A stretch of DNA of 64,000 nucleotides from Chiloscyllium plagiosum. Lineage: Eukaryota. Made by a program: the position numbers and the translations under genes. Below, in pieces: positions 25,251 through 39,059 of the stretch (positions within the stretch are counted from its first letter, which is position 1; every line of letters begins with the position of its first letter). Under the pieces are notes generated by a model. It was not told the DNA's origin, did no database searches, and saw nothing but the letters and a program-made list of their open reading frames with translations. The stretch lies in the NCBI RefSeq assembly GCF_004010195.1, contig NC_057719.1:82165224-82229223 (forward strand), in the 5' to 3' direction.

Positions 25251-27980
25251 ATAAAATACCGATTGTCTGTAAAACTAGGGCAATACTAATTGTGTTATAC
25301 ATGTCTGCAGTTAATTTATTTTGACCATTGGTTTCAAAATTATTTGGAGTACAATGCTAATATATTGCATAATATATTGTAATAGATTATGGAAGTTTAT
25401 GGTAATGGATCAGTGTATATGATTAGCACTAAAGATGATAATGACTTGGAAATAAATCTATGAAAATGTGAAGTAAGGTTCTACATGTATTCTGACAGCA
25501 TCCACCTCCATCTCTCCACCAGCCCTCACTCGTGCTTTAGGTTGCTTATCTGTCACTGAGATGAGCCTCCATTTCCTCAGCTGCTTTGAAGACTAAATGC
25601 ATTGTATTTGTGTTTCCATTATCCTCGCAATCAATGACTTCTCAAGGTCCTAACCACTGTCTCGAACTGAACCTGACAATTAGTCATTCTTCATCCCTGT
25701 ACTCACTCACATGGTATTGGCACTCGGTCAACTAATGCATTGAATTTTAAAATTGTCATGCTGGTGTTCAGACCACTTCGCGATATTGTTCCTCCCTATC
25801 TGTAGCCTCTTCCAGTCCTACAAACCGCAAAGAAATCTGCATTAGCCAACTATTACCTGTGCTGTGGAATTCCCTTCCTAATCGTGCCTGTCTTTCTGCC
25901 ATTTCTGCTTTTAAGATCTTGTTCTAAGACAACTATGATCAAACTTTGTGATCTGTCCTTATATTTCCTTCAGTTCATTGTCAATTTTTCTGTGACCAAG
26001 CATCCCATATTAAAGGCACTATATAATTGCTAATTGTGTTATCAGCCTCAACTTGAAAATTACTGAGAAAAATAATTTTGTATCCCTTTTGAGATTTTCA
26101 TGCTCAACAATTGATGTTTGGTTGAAAGTCCAAGGACTGCATGGTGGTAACTAATATTTTTGAGTAAAATTACAGGAACTGAGTGTCCTCTAATGATATG
26201 TTGTACTTAGCTGCACATATTACTGTTTTTAACTTGATCTGATTTATATGTTACTGAAGTATTACCAATATTGTTTGTGGGCAATAAAAGCGGAGGTCAT
26301 CTTTTGAAGCCGTAGCTGGTTTTAACCATGTTGAGGAATGAAAAGGGTATATATTGCAATTTGCTGCTGTGACTTTGCAGCACTTCTGAGGACTAAAGGT
26401 ACACCAGTACAGCAAGTTAGCAGGGAGGATACTCTTGGGTCACACTTTCACATTGGATATGACTCATTATGCTTTGTTGTTCCTGCTTTGTATGTTTCCA
26501 TCCCTGTTTCTCTCCCTTTGTTTAAATCGGCTAACCAAATTAGGCAAAGTATGTGAACTATTGAAGAAAGGTCTTAATTTACTCATAAGCTTAATTGAGG
26601 CAACAGATGAGCAGCCATTCACGGTGAGTGTAATGAATACCCATTGATCTAATATTCTAAACACACTGCTTGGCTGGATTTACCCCCGATCAAGGAGGTA
26701 ATCCCCAGCTATATTACTAGCAGGCATTGCATAACACCTGAGAAACACTAACATAAATGTTTTATTTTAAATTGCAGCATGAATTTACTTCTAAGATTTC
26801 CTTACATTTTTTTTCCTGTTCAGTTGTGTGGACATCTGTTTTTGGCTGGTCTATGTTAATTGCCCATCTACAGTTATTTTTGAAGATTATGGTGAGTTTC
26901 CTTCTTGAATCACTTCAGTCTACAAGCTATAGGCTGACCCACCGTGCTGTTGGGATGGAATTCCAGGATTTGACCCAGTGACAATCAAGAAGCAGTAATA
27001 TATTTCCAAGTAAGGATAGTGAGTGACTTCATGGTTTAGGAAGGTGCTATCTCAGGATCTTTGAATTTCCACATGCATCTTCTAGATAGTACACACTGCT
27101 GCTACTGAACATTGGTGGTGGAGGGAGAGGATGCTTGTGAATGTAGTGCTAATCAAGCAGGTTGCTTTGTAGTGGATGGTGTGAAACGTCTTGACTGTTG
27201 GAGCTGCAACCATCCAAGCAAGTGAGGAGTATTCCATCATACTCCTGACTTGTGCCTTTTGTAGATTGTGGGCGGACTTTGGGCAGTCAGGAGGTGACTT
27301 TGCAGTATTGCTATCCTCTGACCTGCTATTGTGGACTCTGTTTATGTGGCGAGTCCAGTGAGCTTCTAGTCAATGTAAACACCCAGGAAGTTGATAATGG
27401 GGGATTTGGTGATAGTAACACCATTGACTGTTGAGGGTTGATTGTCATTGCCTGTCATTTGTATGGTGTGAATGTTACTTGCTGCTCTTCAGCCCAAGGC
27501 ATGGGCATTGTCTGAACTTTCTGCATTCAAGCATGGACTGTTTCAGTATCTAAGGAATCGTGCATGGTACTGAACTTTGAGGAATCATCAGAAAACCTTT
27601 TGATGGAGGGAAGGTCATTTGAAGCAGCTGAAAATGATTGGACGTAGGATACAACCCTGAGGAACTCCTGCGCTGATGTCCTGGAGCTTAGATGACTGTC
27701 CTCCCCAGTATGCTTGACCATCCTCCTATGTGCCAAGTACAAGGGCAAACAGCAGAATGTTTGCTCCCTATTTCCACTGATTCCTGTTTTGCTAGGACTC
27801 CTTGATGTCGTACCCGGTTGAATGTGGCCTGCATGTCAAGATCTGTCATTCTCACCTCCTCTGGAATTCACCGCTTTTGACCCTGTTTGAACCAAGGTTA
27901 TTATGAGGTCAGGAGTTGAGTGGCCCCAGCAGGACCCAAGGTATTGCTGTGCAGGTGCTGCTTGATAGTCCTGTTGATGA

Positions 27981-28072
27981 GCTGAAAATGTGTTGCTGGA
28001 AAAGCGCAGCAGGTCAGGCAGCATCCAGGGAACAGGAGAATCGACGTTTCGGGCATAAGCCCTTCTTCAGGA
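27981..28072 (-). mobile_element. Penelope-like mini-element, single arm without tail (copy 4); hammerhead core 28043-28070 (-)
   Basis: TSD agtcctgttgatga at 27967-27980 and 28073-28086. Inserted in a LINE RT region. Confidence 0.87.
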
Positions 28073-29270
28073 AGTCCTGTTGATGAAACCTTCCATCAGA
28101 TCACTTATAATTGAGAGTAGACCGATGGGGCAGTCATTGGTCGGTAATTCATTGGATTTGTTCAGCTTCTTGTGTATACGGCATACCTGGGCAATTTTCC
28201 ATATTGTTGGGAAAATGCCAGTGTTGTAGCTATACTGTAACAGGGTGGGGGAGCAGGTTAGGGGAGCAGCAAGTTCTGGAGCATAAGTCTGCAATACTAT
28301 TGCTGGAATATATCTGAGCCCTTTGCGTTTGCAGTATCCAATGCCCCCAGTCATTGATCATGTGGAGTGAATTGAATTAGCTAAAGACTGGTGTCTGTGA
28401 TGCTGGGGACTACTAGAGGAGGCAGAAATGGATCATCCACTTGACACTGCTGCAAATGATTCAGCCTTGCCTTTTGTGCTAGTGTATTAAGATGCTCCAC
28501 TGTTTTAGGATGACTATATTTGTGGAGTCGCCTCCTCCAACCAGTTGTTTAATTGTCCACCACTATTCACGACCGAATATGGCAGGACTATAGAGCTTGG
28601 ATCTGATCCATTTTTGGCATTACTTGGCTGTATCACTTGCTGCTTATGCTAATTGGCATGCAAGTAGTCCTGTATGGTAGCTTGACTAGTTTAACATCTC
28701 ATCTTTGGTTTGTCTGGTGCTGCACTTGCACTCTCTATTGAATCAGGTTTGATCCCCTAGCTTGATGGGGAAGTGGTTGAATGGGAGAAATGTCAAGCAA
28801 TGTAGTTTTGTGTTGAAGTTCAAATCTACTGCTGTGATTGCCTTAGTGCCTCTTGGATGCCCAGTGTTGAGTTGCTAGATCTGTTTGAAGTCTGACTCAT
28901 TTAACACCGTGATAGCGCCACTGAACACAATGGAAGGTATTCTCAATGTGAAGGCATGCCTTTGGCTCCGCAAGGACTGTGCAACGGTCACTCTTACTGA
29001 CAATGTCGTGGAAAGATGCTTCTACAGCTGGCGGATTGGTAAAGATGAGGTAAAGTATGTTTTTTCCCTCGTTGGTTCCCTCAACACCTGCAGACTCAGT
29101 CTAGTGGCTATATCCTTTTGTGATGGAGCTGGTTGGGTCAGAGTGCTGCTGTCAAGAGACTTTTGATGGTAGATGTTGAAATCCCCCTCACAGTATGCTT
29201 TGCACCCTTCTTCCCAGCCTCCGTGCTTCCTCCAAGTATAGCTCAACATGGAAGAGTATTGATTCATTAG

Positions 29271-29470
29271 GAGAAAGTGACAACTGCAGATGCTGGAGAT
29301 CAGAGCTGAAAATGTGTTGCTGGAAAAGCACAGCAGGTCAGGCAGCATCCAAGGAGCAGGAGAATCGACGTTTCGGGCATGAGCCGAAGAAGGGCTTCTG
29401 CCCGAAACGTCGAATCTCCTGCTCCTTGGATGCTGCCTGACCACCTGCGCTTTTTAAGCAACACATTTTC
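29271..29470. mobile_element. Penelope-like fold-back mini-element (copy 5)
   Basis: TSD agtaYtgattcattag at 29255-29270 and 29471-29486 (1 mismatch). Inserted in a LINE endonuclease region. Confidence 0.87.
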
Positions 29471-29958
29471 AGTACTGATTCATTAGCCCAGGGAGGGCAT
29501 TATGTGATGATCAGCAGAAAGTTTCATTGCCCATGTTTAACCTGAAGCCGTGAGACTTCATGGGGTCCAGTGTCAAAGTTGATGACTCCAAGAGCAATTC
29601 TCTTCTGACTGTTCCAATGGGACAGGACATATCCAGGGATGGCAAAGGTGGTGTCTGAGATATTGTTAAGTCTGATTCTGAGAGCGTGACTGTGTCAGAC
29701 TGTTGCTTCACTAGTCTGAGAAAGCTGTCCCAGTTTTGGCAGGGTTGACAGGACTGTATTTGCTGTTGTCGTTTCTGGTGTCTAGGTTGATGTCAGGTGA
29801 TCTGTCCAGTTTTGTTGAGACTTCATAGCAATTGATACAACGCTATGGCCAGTTAGGCCATTTCAGAGGGCAGTGAGAGTCAACCACATTGCTGTGGGTC
29901 TAGAGTCGTATGTTGGCCAGACCAGTTGAGGATGGAAGATTCCTTCCCGAAAGGACAT

Positions 29959-30283
29959 GGTGGCTCAGTGGTTAGCACTGCTGCCTCCCAGCACCAAGGA
30001 CCCAGTTTCGATTCCAGCCTCGGGTGACTGTCTATCTGTGTGGAGTTTGCACATTCTCCCTGTGTCTGCGTGGGTTTCCTCCCACAATCCAAAGATGTGC
30101 AGGTTAGGTGAATTGGCCATACTAAATTGTCCATAGTTTTCAAGGATGTGTAGGTTATGTGCACTAGTCAAGGGTAAATGTAGAGTAATAGGGTAGGGAA
30201 ATGGTTCTGGGTGGGTTACTCTTCAGAGTGTCGGTGTGGATTTGTTGGGCCAAATATCCTGTTTTCTCACTATAGGGATTCTA
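29959..30283 (+). mobile_element. HE1-type V-SINE inserted in the 5' head of a LINE
   Basis: ggtggctcagtggttagcactgctgcctc...; interrupts aaggacat|tagtgagcc of the host element. Confidence 0.85.
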
Positions 30284-30809
30284 TTACAGTAGTGAGCCAA
30301 ATAGCCTGTTCCGATCGACAGTCGGTTTTGTGGTCATCACTAGATTCTTAATTCCGATTTTTAAAAAAAATTGAATTCCAGTTCCATTATCTGCTGTGGT
30401 AGGATTCAAACCTGGGTCCACTGAACATTATTGGCTGAGTTTCTGGATTAATAGAAAATACTACAAGGCCATTGCTCTCTGCTTTTTATTTCTGCCTAAC
30501 TGGGTTAGAGGTCTATATACACCTCAGCAAAGTGCTTTTGTGTTTAGGTTCTTACATATGATCTCATTGGAAGAACTTTTAAGATGTGGATCAAATGTAA
30601 ATAAGCTTGTGTTGAAGTAATTTCCCTTGGAAAGGAAGTGTGCTGAAGATAATTAGTTATACTGGTGAAATTTATTTGTTGGAAAATTGCTTTAATTTGA
30701 AAGTTAACTATATAAATCTGCTAGCATTTTAATATACAATATCAAAAAGTGCCGCATTATCTGAAAACATTTGTGTAACTTTACCTTTTTTAAACTTCTT
30801 TTTAAAGTA

Positions 30810-30976
30810 GCATTTTGCTTTCCAAAAATACATGGATGGGTATATGAATAGGAAGGGTTTGGAGGGATATAGGCCGGGTGCTGGCTGGTGGGACTAGATT
30901 GGGTTGGGAATCTGGTCGGCATGGACAGGTTGGACTGAAGGGTCTGTTTCCATGCTGTACATCTCTATGACTCTAT
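30810..30976 (+). mobile_element. HER1/CR1 3' terminal fragment
   Basis: Same 3' end as 7325-7450 and 37130-37245 (ggtctgtttccatgctgta). Confidence 0.8.
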
Positions 30977-31864
30977 ATCATCCTTCCTTATCATGCTGTT
31001 TGATGCCTTTGTCAATATTGTAACCCCCATTGTTTTGTTTATAACACCTACTGTGACCCTTTGTCCAAGAGGAAGTTGTCTAGTTCAGAGATTCTGTCTG
31101 AGAATTTGAGATGTGTGTTCAGATTAATGTAATAGTGTCTTAGCATTCGAAGAATTCCCCTACTTCTTTCTGCTGCCCTGGTCAACAATAATCCCTCAAA
31201 CTACATTCCAAAAAGAGATGGTTTTATTCATTTATCTTCACTGTATTTGAGACAAGCTTTTTAAAAAAATGGGATGTGTGTCATTGGATATGCCTGCATT
31301 TGTTATCTGTCTAATTGCCCTTGAGAAAGTGGTGATGAGCACTGAATTCCTGACATTACAACATTTGAATTGTTTCATTGGCTTTGCAGTGCTTTGCCAC
31401 TTCCTGAGGTTATGAAACATGGTGTATAAATGCAAGTCTTTGAAACTTCATGTTCCACTGTGTTCTAATGCGGAGCCATTTGGGTTCCTAGAAACTGATT
31501 CCCATTGTTAAACTCATTCTGGTGGCACAACAGGATTTCTAAAGGTGGTAATCTCTGGATTAAAACCTGCTATGTGCTACTAAATATAGAAAAGATAATG
31601 CAAATGAATGCACGGCTGAAAAAGTGATAGCCTAACCCTTTGGGCTTCATTAAGCCTTGTGCCTAACTTCTTTTCCTTTAGAAATGTGCTCTACCTTTCT
31701 TGCTTGATATCCCCTTCCTGTGCTAGTATTATCCTTGTTAGTTTGATTTGCATTCTGGTTAATGCCGCTATGTAATCTCCCGACAATTGGTGGCCAGAAC
31801 TGAACTTCTGCGGTCTAATTCACACTCAGTGAAAGCATACTTAACGGTGTTATCTATCTGGTAT

Positions 31865-33520
31865 ATAGGATCATAAGACCAGGAGTAGGCCATTCAGCAC
31901 GTAAAATCTACTCTGCCATTCAGTGAGATCACTGATGTCCATTTCAACAACATTTCTCTAATCTGAAAATCTGTTGATCTTACTGCATGATTTGAGTCTA
32001 TATAACTCTCTGGGGCACAATTTAAAAGATTTTTCACCTCCTGAAGAAATTCCTCACCTCGGAATTCAAAAACCGGATGTTTATTCTGATTCTAGAAGCA
32101 ACTAATCCACACTTTTTGCAAGGGGATGTATCCTTCCTGCATCTACCCAGTTGAGCTCTGGAAGAAATTTGCACCTTTTGAATGCGATCACTCACTCTTC
32201 CTTTGAACCTCCAGAGAATAAAAGTCCAGTCTGTTTAATCTTTCCTTGCAGCATAATTTCTCCACCACAGAAATTAACTTGGTGAACTTTTATTGAATTC
32301 CTTCGATGTTAAGTATACTTTTCCAGAGGTGAGGAGTCCAAAACTGCGCATGTTACTTTGGGTGTGGTCTCAACAAGGTTCTGTATAGTTGCAGTCTCGA
32401 TTAGAGTGGTGCTGGAAAAGCACAGCATGTCAGGCAGCATCCGAGGAGTAGGAAAATTGATGTCTTGGGCAAAAGCCCTCCTCGGATGCTGCCTGACCTG
32501 CTGTGCTTTTCCAGCGACATTCTAATCTAGACTCTGATTTCCAGCATCTACAGTACCCACTTCTGCCTAGTCTATATAGTTGCAGTAAACTATCTTTACT
32601 CCTAATTCCAATCTTCCTGAAATGAAGGCCAACATGTGGGTATAGCAAACAATTAACTTTGTGACTCACTAAGAAGGACACCCAAGTCCTTTTCAAGTTC
32701 AAAACTTCTCTGGCTCACTCTCGCGCCCCTCCCACCCTCCCCCTTTTTAAAAAGGAGTATGTTTTTGTTATTTTGATACCAAAGTAGATACATCTGTATT
32801 TCTAGTTAACATTCCATCTACCAAGTTTTGCTCCGTGTGATCCTCCCCAGATCTTCAAGAATCTTTGCTGCATCCTCACCATTCCCCTCACTTCCACCTA
32901 GTTTTGTCATCTACAAACTTTCCTTTCATAAGTCCCTGCTGATTCTGTCTGATCCTGTCATTGTTTTCCAAGTATAGTTCTTTTCCACCTTTTATACTGG
33001 ACTCTGACATTTACTCACTATGGATGTCAGGCTAAGGGTCTAGAATTCCCTGTTTCTGTTTACTTCCTTTTCTAAGTAGATTTACAAGGTAGCTAATGTT
33101 AGCTGTAGGAACAGCTCCAGAGACTATGAAATCTTGAAAGATGACCACCATGCAACTTCTTTTTCTAGGCCCACTTCATTAAAGTATTCTGGGATGTTGA
33201 TTATCGGGCCCAAAAGATTTTTCAGCCTTTAATTCCATCCATTTCCCCTACATGTACCAATTTCCTTTAGTTCCACCATCGCCTTCCAGACCCTGTGTTC
33301 TCCAACATGCTTAGGACATCCTTTTTATAAAGACAGATTCAGTATGTGTTCTGCCACCTCTTTGTTCCCCATTATGTATCTTCTCCTGTTCTTGGTATGT
33401 GGAATTTCATTGAAATACTTGGAAATCCAATACATTACCATCATCTATTTTGTTACCTCTTGAAGTGATTGTGAAATTGGTCAAGCACGATTTTGCCTCT
33501 TGAAATCTGTGTTGTATGTT
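31865..33520 (-). mobile_element. Old CR1 LINE remnants
   Basis: 3' end ggagtaggccattcagc, aaactgcgcatgttactttgggtgtggtctc and a more 5' RT piece ~33000-33250. Confidence 0.65.
32396..32570. mobile_element. Penelope-like fold-back mini-element, related and more diverged subfamily (copy 6)
   Basis: TSD tctRtatagttgcagt at 32380-32395 and 32571-32586. Shares gctggaaaagcacagca..tcaggcagcatcc with the family. Inserted in a CR1 remnant. Confidence 0.8.
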
Positions 33521-33898
33521 TGATTTCCTATTTTTTTTCTGATGTCAAGAGGTTTGCATTCTCCCACCAGATATTAATCTTACAGTACAGGGGTTATAAA
33601 CAGTGTAATACAGTATTAAGTCTTTAGGTAACAATGTTGTCTGTCTGTCTTTTGCAACTAACTTGAGATTACAGGTTGAAAAACGGTATAATTGAGTTCT
33701 ACTATGAATATAGGGTGTAACAGATAATACTATGAGGGTTGGTATGTAACATTTCTTTAGCAGGCAGCGCTATTGTGAAGATAGAATTAGAAACTTGGGC
33801 AAACAGAAGCAGTCATATCATTTGCTGTTGCATAGGTGAAGTAAAGTCGGGTAGGAGAGAATCGGTAGTTAATCCTTTTTGTCCCTTTTCCTTTCCAG

Positions 33899-34290
33899 AT
33901 TCGTATAGGTCCGTGAAACCGCCCAGTGTAACCATCCCAGTCACAGGTCATCCAGTATCTCCAGCAAATCCTGTCTCAGGCTGCCCTGTCCCCACAGCCC
34001 CTCCTGCTGCTGAACCTGTTCCTCATCTGCAGCGCCCTGGTTTGGACACACCAGCAACATCTCGACCTCAAACCTTGTCTGTGCTGAAACTGAGTAAGGA
34101 GTGTCCTCAGAGCTCCAAACCTCCCAATAGCTCTAAATCCAACCTCCGCAGCACAGCCAGTTCGCCAGCTCAGCAAAGTAAAGTGGGTGCAGGACATGTG
34201 GAGAGCAAGCAACAGAGAATCAGCAGACGAAGAGCCACGAATGGTTGGCTCCCTGTAGGAGAGCCCTACGACAAACCTGTCTATGTTGTG
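33899..34290 (+). CDS. BAHD1: BAHD1 coding exon 2 (proline-rich region to RRRATNGW)
   Basis: Acceptor cctttccAG|at and donor gttgtg|GTAAGT; 392 nt, phase 1 to 0. Encodes GCPVPTAPPAAEPVPHLQ and RRRATNGWLPVGEPYDKPVYVV, typical of the pre-BAH region. Confidence 0.93.
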
Positions 34291-34564
34291 GTAAGTAAAT
34301 ATTGTACATGTTTTCTCTAATCAAGAAACTTGAATCGCTCTTTTAAAGAAAAAAGTAACCTTAATACTTCAAAATGTCAAATACATCTCCTTACAATAAC
34401 CATTCATAGTATCTTGAAGAAAAATGTGCAGTGATTATAGTGTCTTTGTCTCAACATACATAAACCTTTTAGTTAGTTACTTCGAAGCTTAATCATTTGT
34501 AACATAGGAAATGCAGATGTAATTTATGCCCAGCAATCTTTTGCAAGCAGCTATGTGATAATAC

Positions 34565-34950
34565 TCCATTTACAGTGCAGAATGAGGTCATTTGTCTAAT
34601 GGTGCCTGTGACAGACAAAAGAGAATTTTGTCCAATGCTGCTTAAATTTTGAGTTTCTGATTCACTCAGTCTTTAAGGCAGAGAGTTCTAGCCTCCCACT
34701 ACCTTCTGGGTAAAAACATTCCTCTTCAACCCCCCTCAGCATTTTTACAAGATACTGAATTGTTTTAAAACAAAATCCTCTTTGTAAACCTAGGCAGAAT
34801 CCTGGTAAGTCTCCGCTGCAAACCTTCAGTGTGGCCACTTCCTTTTTATAATGTGGCGATCTGAACTGGAGGCAGTACTCCAGTTGTGGCCTAACCAGAA
34901 TCTTGTATAAAGTCCCAGTATAGCATGATTGCCCTTGGTATTCTGTGCTC
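34565..34950 (-). mobile_element. CR1 3' remnant
   Basis: Minus ORF LYKILVRPQLEYCLQFRSPHYKK. Confidence 0.75.
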
Positions 34951-35829
34951 ACCAGTTCCAGTTGATCAGCTTTCAGGTGTCATTTGAGGGCTAAATGCTG
35001 GTCAGGACATGGAGTTTCCATGCTGCTGTTCAAAATCTAGGCTGATAACTCCAGTGTGGTTCTTGAATTCCTGCATTGTCTGATCTACTGCGTTTCTGAT
35101 AAGACATAAACTCAGGCTCCAGCTGCGCGCTCAGGAGGATGTGGAAGATTCAGTAGTATTATTTTGAGAGGGAATAGGGGGAGTCTTTTCTACTAACCTG
35201 TCCAATATTTATCCCTCCAACAACATCACCTCAAAATAGAAACAAATTAGCACCAGTCAAACATTGTAGTAGAAATCTGGAACTCTTCAAAGAACGTTTT
35301 GAGGGTTGGGTGAAACATTTAAGATATTGATTACAATTTTAAAAAAAAACATAGGTGTAAAAGGGTCTCAAGTAGGTAGATCAGCTGATTGAATATTGGA
35401 ACAGGATTGACAGGTTGAACGATGTCTACCATGATCCAGAGCTTGTTTATCACAATACAGACCTCAAGTAGCATTCAGGAAAAACTGCACTCTCCTGTTG
35501 ACCTGGAGGGTCTGGTCTAGTGTTCACAGTTGTGGAATGCCATTTGCAGCACTTAGAATGTGTGTAAGTTGAATTTTCTTTGTGTAGGTCTTTGGTTATC
35601 CATGCAGTGCACCACACATGACACTTTGTGACCATTTTACCAGTCAGATAATCTATCTGTGTGCTGGTTGACCAAATGAAAACATGAACTACTCCAAGTA
35701 GGAGGCCTTGGTCCCAGAAACCCCAGCCGGGTGCCTACCTGCGCGAGCAGCAGGTCACTTCTGATTCCAAATCCCTGTATGGTAAAACTGATGATTAACT
35801 GTTGAACTAAAATTCAATCCCAACATAGT

Positions 35830-36290
35830 GTTGGCTGGCAGCATTTTCCAGGCACCAATGTGTTTAAAAAAAGAAATTGCCTTGCATGTTTTCTTTAAAT
35901 GTTCCTCCTCTTACCTTAAACCTATGTCTCCTAGTATTTGACATTTCCACCCTGGGGAAAAAGACATTGACTATCCATCCTATCCATGTCTTTCATAGTT
36001 ATATATTCTTGTATCATGTGGCCACTCAACCTCTGGTGCTGTAGCGAGAACAATCCAAGTTTGTCCAACCTCTCCTTAGAGCTAATATACTCCAATCTTG
36101 GCAACATCGTAGTAAACATCTTTTGCACCACTTCCAAAGCCTCCACATTCTTCCTATGGTGTGATGGCCAGAACTGCGCACAATTGTTCAAATGTGGCCC
36201 AACTGAAGTCTTCTACAGTTGCAACATGACTTGCCAACTTTTATAATCAGTGTCATGACTAATAAAGGCAAGCCGCTTTTACCACCTGTG
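35830..36290 (-). mobile_element. CR1 3' remnant
   Basis: Minus ORF CAQFWPSHHRKNVEALEVVQKMFTTMLPRLE...ERLDKLGLFSL. Confidence 0.8.
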
Positions 36291-36934
36291 CAACACCCTG
36301 TCCAGTAGGAGCTCCAGGATCCTGTCTGAAAAGTAGGGTGTCGATTTGAACTGTCTGCCATACCCAAGGCAAATAACCATACAGGGCAGCTCCAGAATGA
36401 TTGTGTTTGTCCAGGCACACACTGACCTTTTTAATAATGGTATCTGCATGAAGGATACCAGTCAATTTTGGAATATCTGGTGAGCAGTGAGTCACTTCAG
36501 GAACTGCATGTATTAAGATGGGATGGAAATTCCACGCAATACATGCCAAAGGAGTGGGAATGGCAATTAATGTGGAGAGTTTGGTAAGATTCAGTGAGTA
36601 AACTCACTTGGCCTCACTGCAGAAATCCCTCCAACAAATTCCATGTGACTTGTACTGAGCCAAATAAATCATAAGATTCCACCCTGTGATCCATTTTAAA
36701 TTTTTTTAATGGTTTGTTTGCCTAGGTTTGGATCTTCCACCTTTTTAATATTTTTTCATAGTTGTATTCAAATCTAAAACTTAAGAACTGATATTTGGTC
36801 TTGTTTGGGCATCCAGTCAATTCGGTTATACAATTAGACTTTATCATTTCTTCCATTTCCATTTTGAAAGCAGCTTTGACTATTAATCATGAGGCTAACA
36901 TTTTCCAAAAGGAATTACTGACACAAAATGAAGT

Positions 36935-37245
36935 AGCAAAGCTCTTTTCCCAAGGGTAGGAGAGTTCAAAACTAGAGGGCATAATTATAAGGTGAGAGGA
37001 GAAAAGCTTAGAAGGGGCTCGAGGGGTAACTTTTACACATAGGATGGTGTATGTATGGAATGAACTGCCAGAGGAAATGGTAGATGCAGGTACAGTTACA
37101 GCATTTAAAAGCCATTTGGACAGGTTCCTGAATAGGAAAAGTGTAGAGGGGTATGGGTCAAATGCAGGCAAATGAGACTAGTTTAGGGACACTCGGTCAG
37201 CATGGTTAAGTTGGACTGAAGGGTCTGTTTCCATGCTGTATGACT
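36935..37245 (+). mobile_element. HER1/CR1 3' fragment
   Basis: Homologous to 2290-2570. Confidence 0.8.
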
Positions 37246-39059
37246 GGGTTTGTTATCGCCATGAAATTGATTTTGAGCTCACTTCATCCAAATGATTTTG
37301 GCAACAGCCCTGTTCAATAGGCACATAGTTCAGCTAACTGTACAGTCCCTTTTTGGTATTGTCAGATCAGGTCAGTATAGTACAGGGTGTTCTTTCTTTT
37401 AATTACTCTTATCAGGTCGTCCCTAGTGAAAAGAACCCCAGCCTGTTCAGCTTTTCTGGTTTGGTGGTGTCCTGTATAAATATGTTTTAAATGGTGTTTA
37501 ACTTCCTTTGATTATATTTAGTACTGCAAGTAGCCCCCACCTTCGGCATTTATATCTTTAAATAGCCCTTTTATTGGTGTAAGTAAAGATTTGAGCATCG
37601 GAGATTGTAATAAGTCTGCCTATGGATTAATATATTTGTAGGAGACTATTGTAATACTGCGCATAATACTGAACATGAAGTTAAAATATTGTCCAATAAT
37701 GTTAAATATTGTCACGTGTAGTTTGACCCATTGCATTTCTCAAATGACCAGCAGCCTTCTGCCTGCTGTGTGATGATTTCTGTCACCATCCACAACCTAC
37801 TCTTTCAGTTCTGGACTCCTATGCAGACCCCCTCTCTGTCTTTATATTAGTTCACCCTTAGCAATCTTGCCTTTAGTTCCTTGGTTCTTAGCTCTGGAAT
37901 TCCCTGGTTAAATCTTGCTTTAAGACCCACCTTAAGATCTGTCCTAATCTGTGCTTAACTGACTTTTCCTTTAGCCCACCAAGCCAGACATCATGTCTAT
38001 CCTAACATGAACTTACATCTTTCTCAAATTTCTTTCTTCTGCCCTTTTTGAGCTCCTCTTATTTGTGAGATCTGTCTGTTGTTTTGTACATCAATCTGCT
38101 AATCATTCAACATTACTTTCTGGCTCCCATGTTAGTTGATATTTCTAATTGGTTGTTCTCTTCATATGCTTTTCTGCTGTCTTCATTCCTGCTCTGCAGT
38201 AAACCCATCCTTCATATACTTTGATCGCCAAACTTCCTTTCACTTCAAATCCTTCAATGGATTGACATTTCCTCAATCAGTGATTTTTATCTTGTTTGCA
38301 ACTCTAACCCTGTTTAAAACTTCATATTGGGTTCTGCCATATCACACCATAATGAATGACATTCAAAGGATTGTGACAGTGATAAAGCTTTTAATGGTTG
38401 ACCACACATCCTCCTTGAGTGCTTCTCCTCAATTTTCCTGCTGGGTTGGGTGGTCTTTGCCTGGTTCCATTCCTATCACGTCAGTTATCAACAGACAATT
38501 AAACGTAATGGGTTCTCTTCCTGATTCTGGAATCTGCTTCCCCATTCCTTTAGTATGTATTCCCTTGTCCCTCTATTTGTCAATATGATATTGTTGCTCA
38601 ATTCCATCATCTAAAAACACAACACAAGTTTCCAGTGTATACCGACAACACTTAATTCTTCCTCATCATCTCTCTTGGCCATTTAATTCCACTGATTCAT
38701 TAAGCACTTTGTCTGACATTAAGTCCTGATGAGACAAAATTTTCTTCAGTTACATATTGCAAAGACCAAAGCAGTTGTCTTTAGTTGATGCCGTAACATC
38801 CATTCTGAGGCAATCTACTGCATCCCTCGCCTTTTGTCACTGTCTGAGAATGAAGCAGATTGTTCATAACCTTGCTGTTCTTATTGACACACCAGCATCA
38901 AGCAACATGTCCACTCTATCGCCATGAGCACCTACTTTTACATCCATAATATTGCCCATCTCTGCCCCGCATTAGCTTTTTTACTTTAGAATTTCTGACC
39001 TAAACTTTGACTTAATAATTGCAACTATTCCGATGCTGCCATTGCCAGTGCTTTTTTAA

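Larger units (their letters stand above)
26825..30478 (-). mobile_element. Decayed near-full-length CR1-group LINE (APE endonuclease + RT) with tRNA-like 5' head
   Basis: Minus-strand peptides IPAIVLQTYAPELAAPL...QYSYNTGIFPTIWKIAQV...PIGLLSIIS (RT N-terminus) and KQQSDTVTLSES (endonuclease start). Many frameshifts; three nested insertions. Confidence 0.8.

Noticed and set aside
33739..33898. N-terminal 53 aa of the 193-aa ORF as coding
   Set aside because: Lies upstream of a strong polypyrimidine/AG acceptor at 33898, so it is intronic read-through.
35650..36620. GC-richer unique patches (35700-35790, 36290-36600) as extra exons or a nested gene
   Set aside because: No convincing acceptor/donor pair with a compatible open frame and no recognisable homology. 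They could still be regulatory, but I cannot support that.
38136..38588. 150-aa ORF as a nested gene
   Set aside because: Lies within a decayed L2-like RT remnant and starts at a non-ATG codon.
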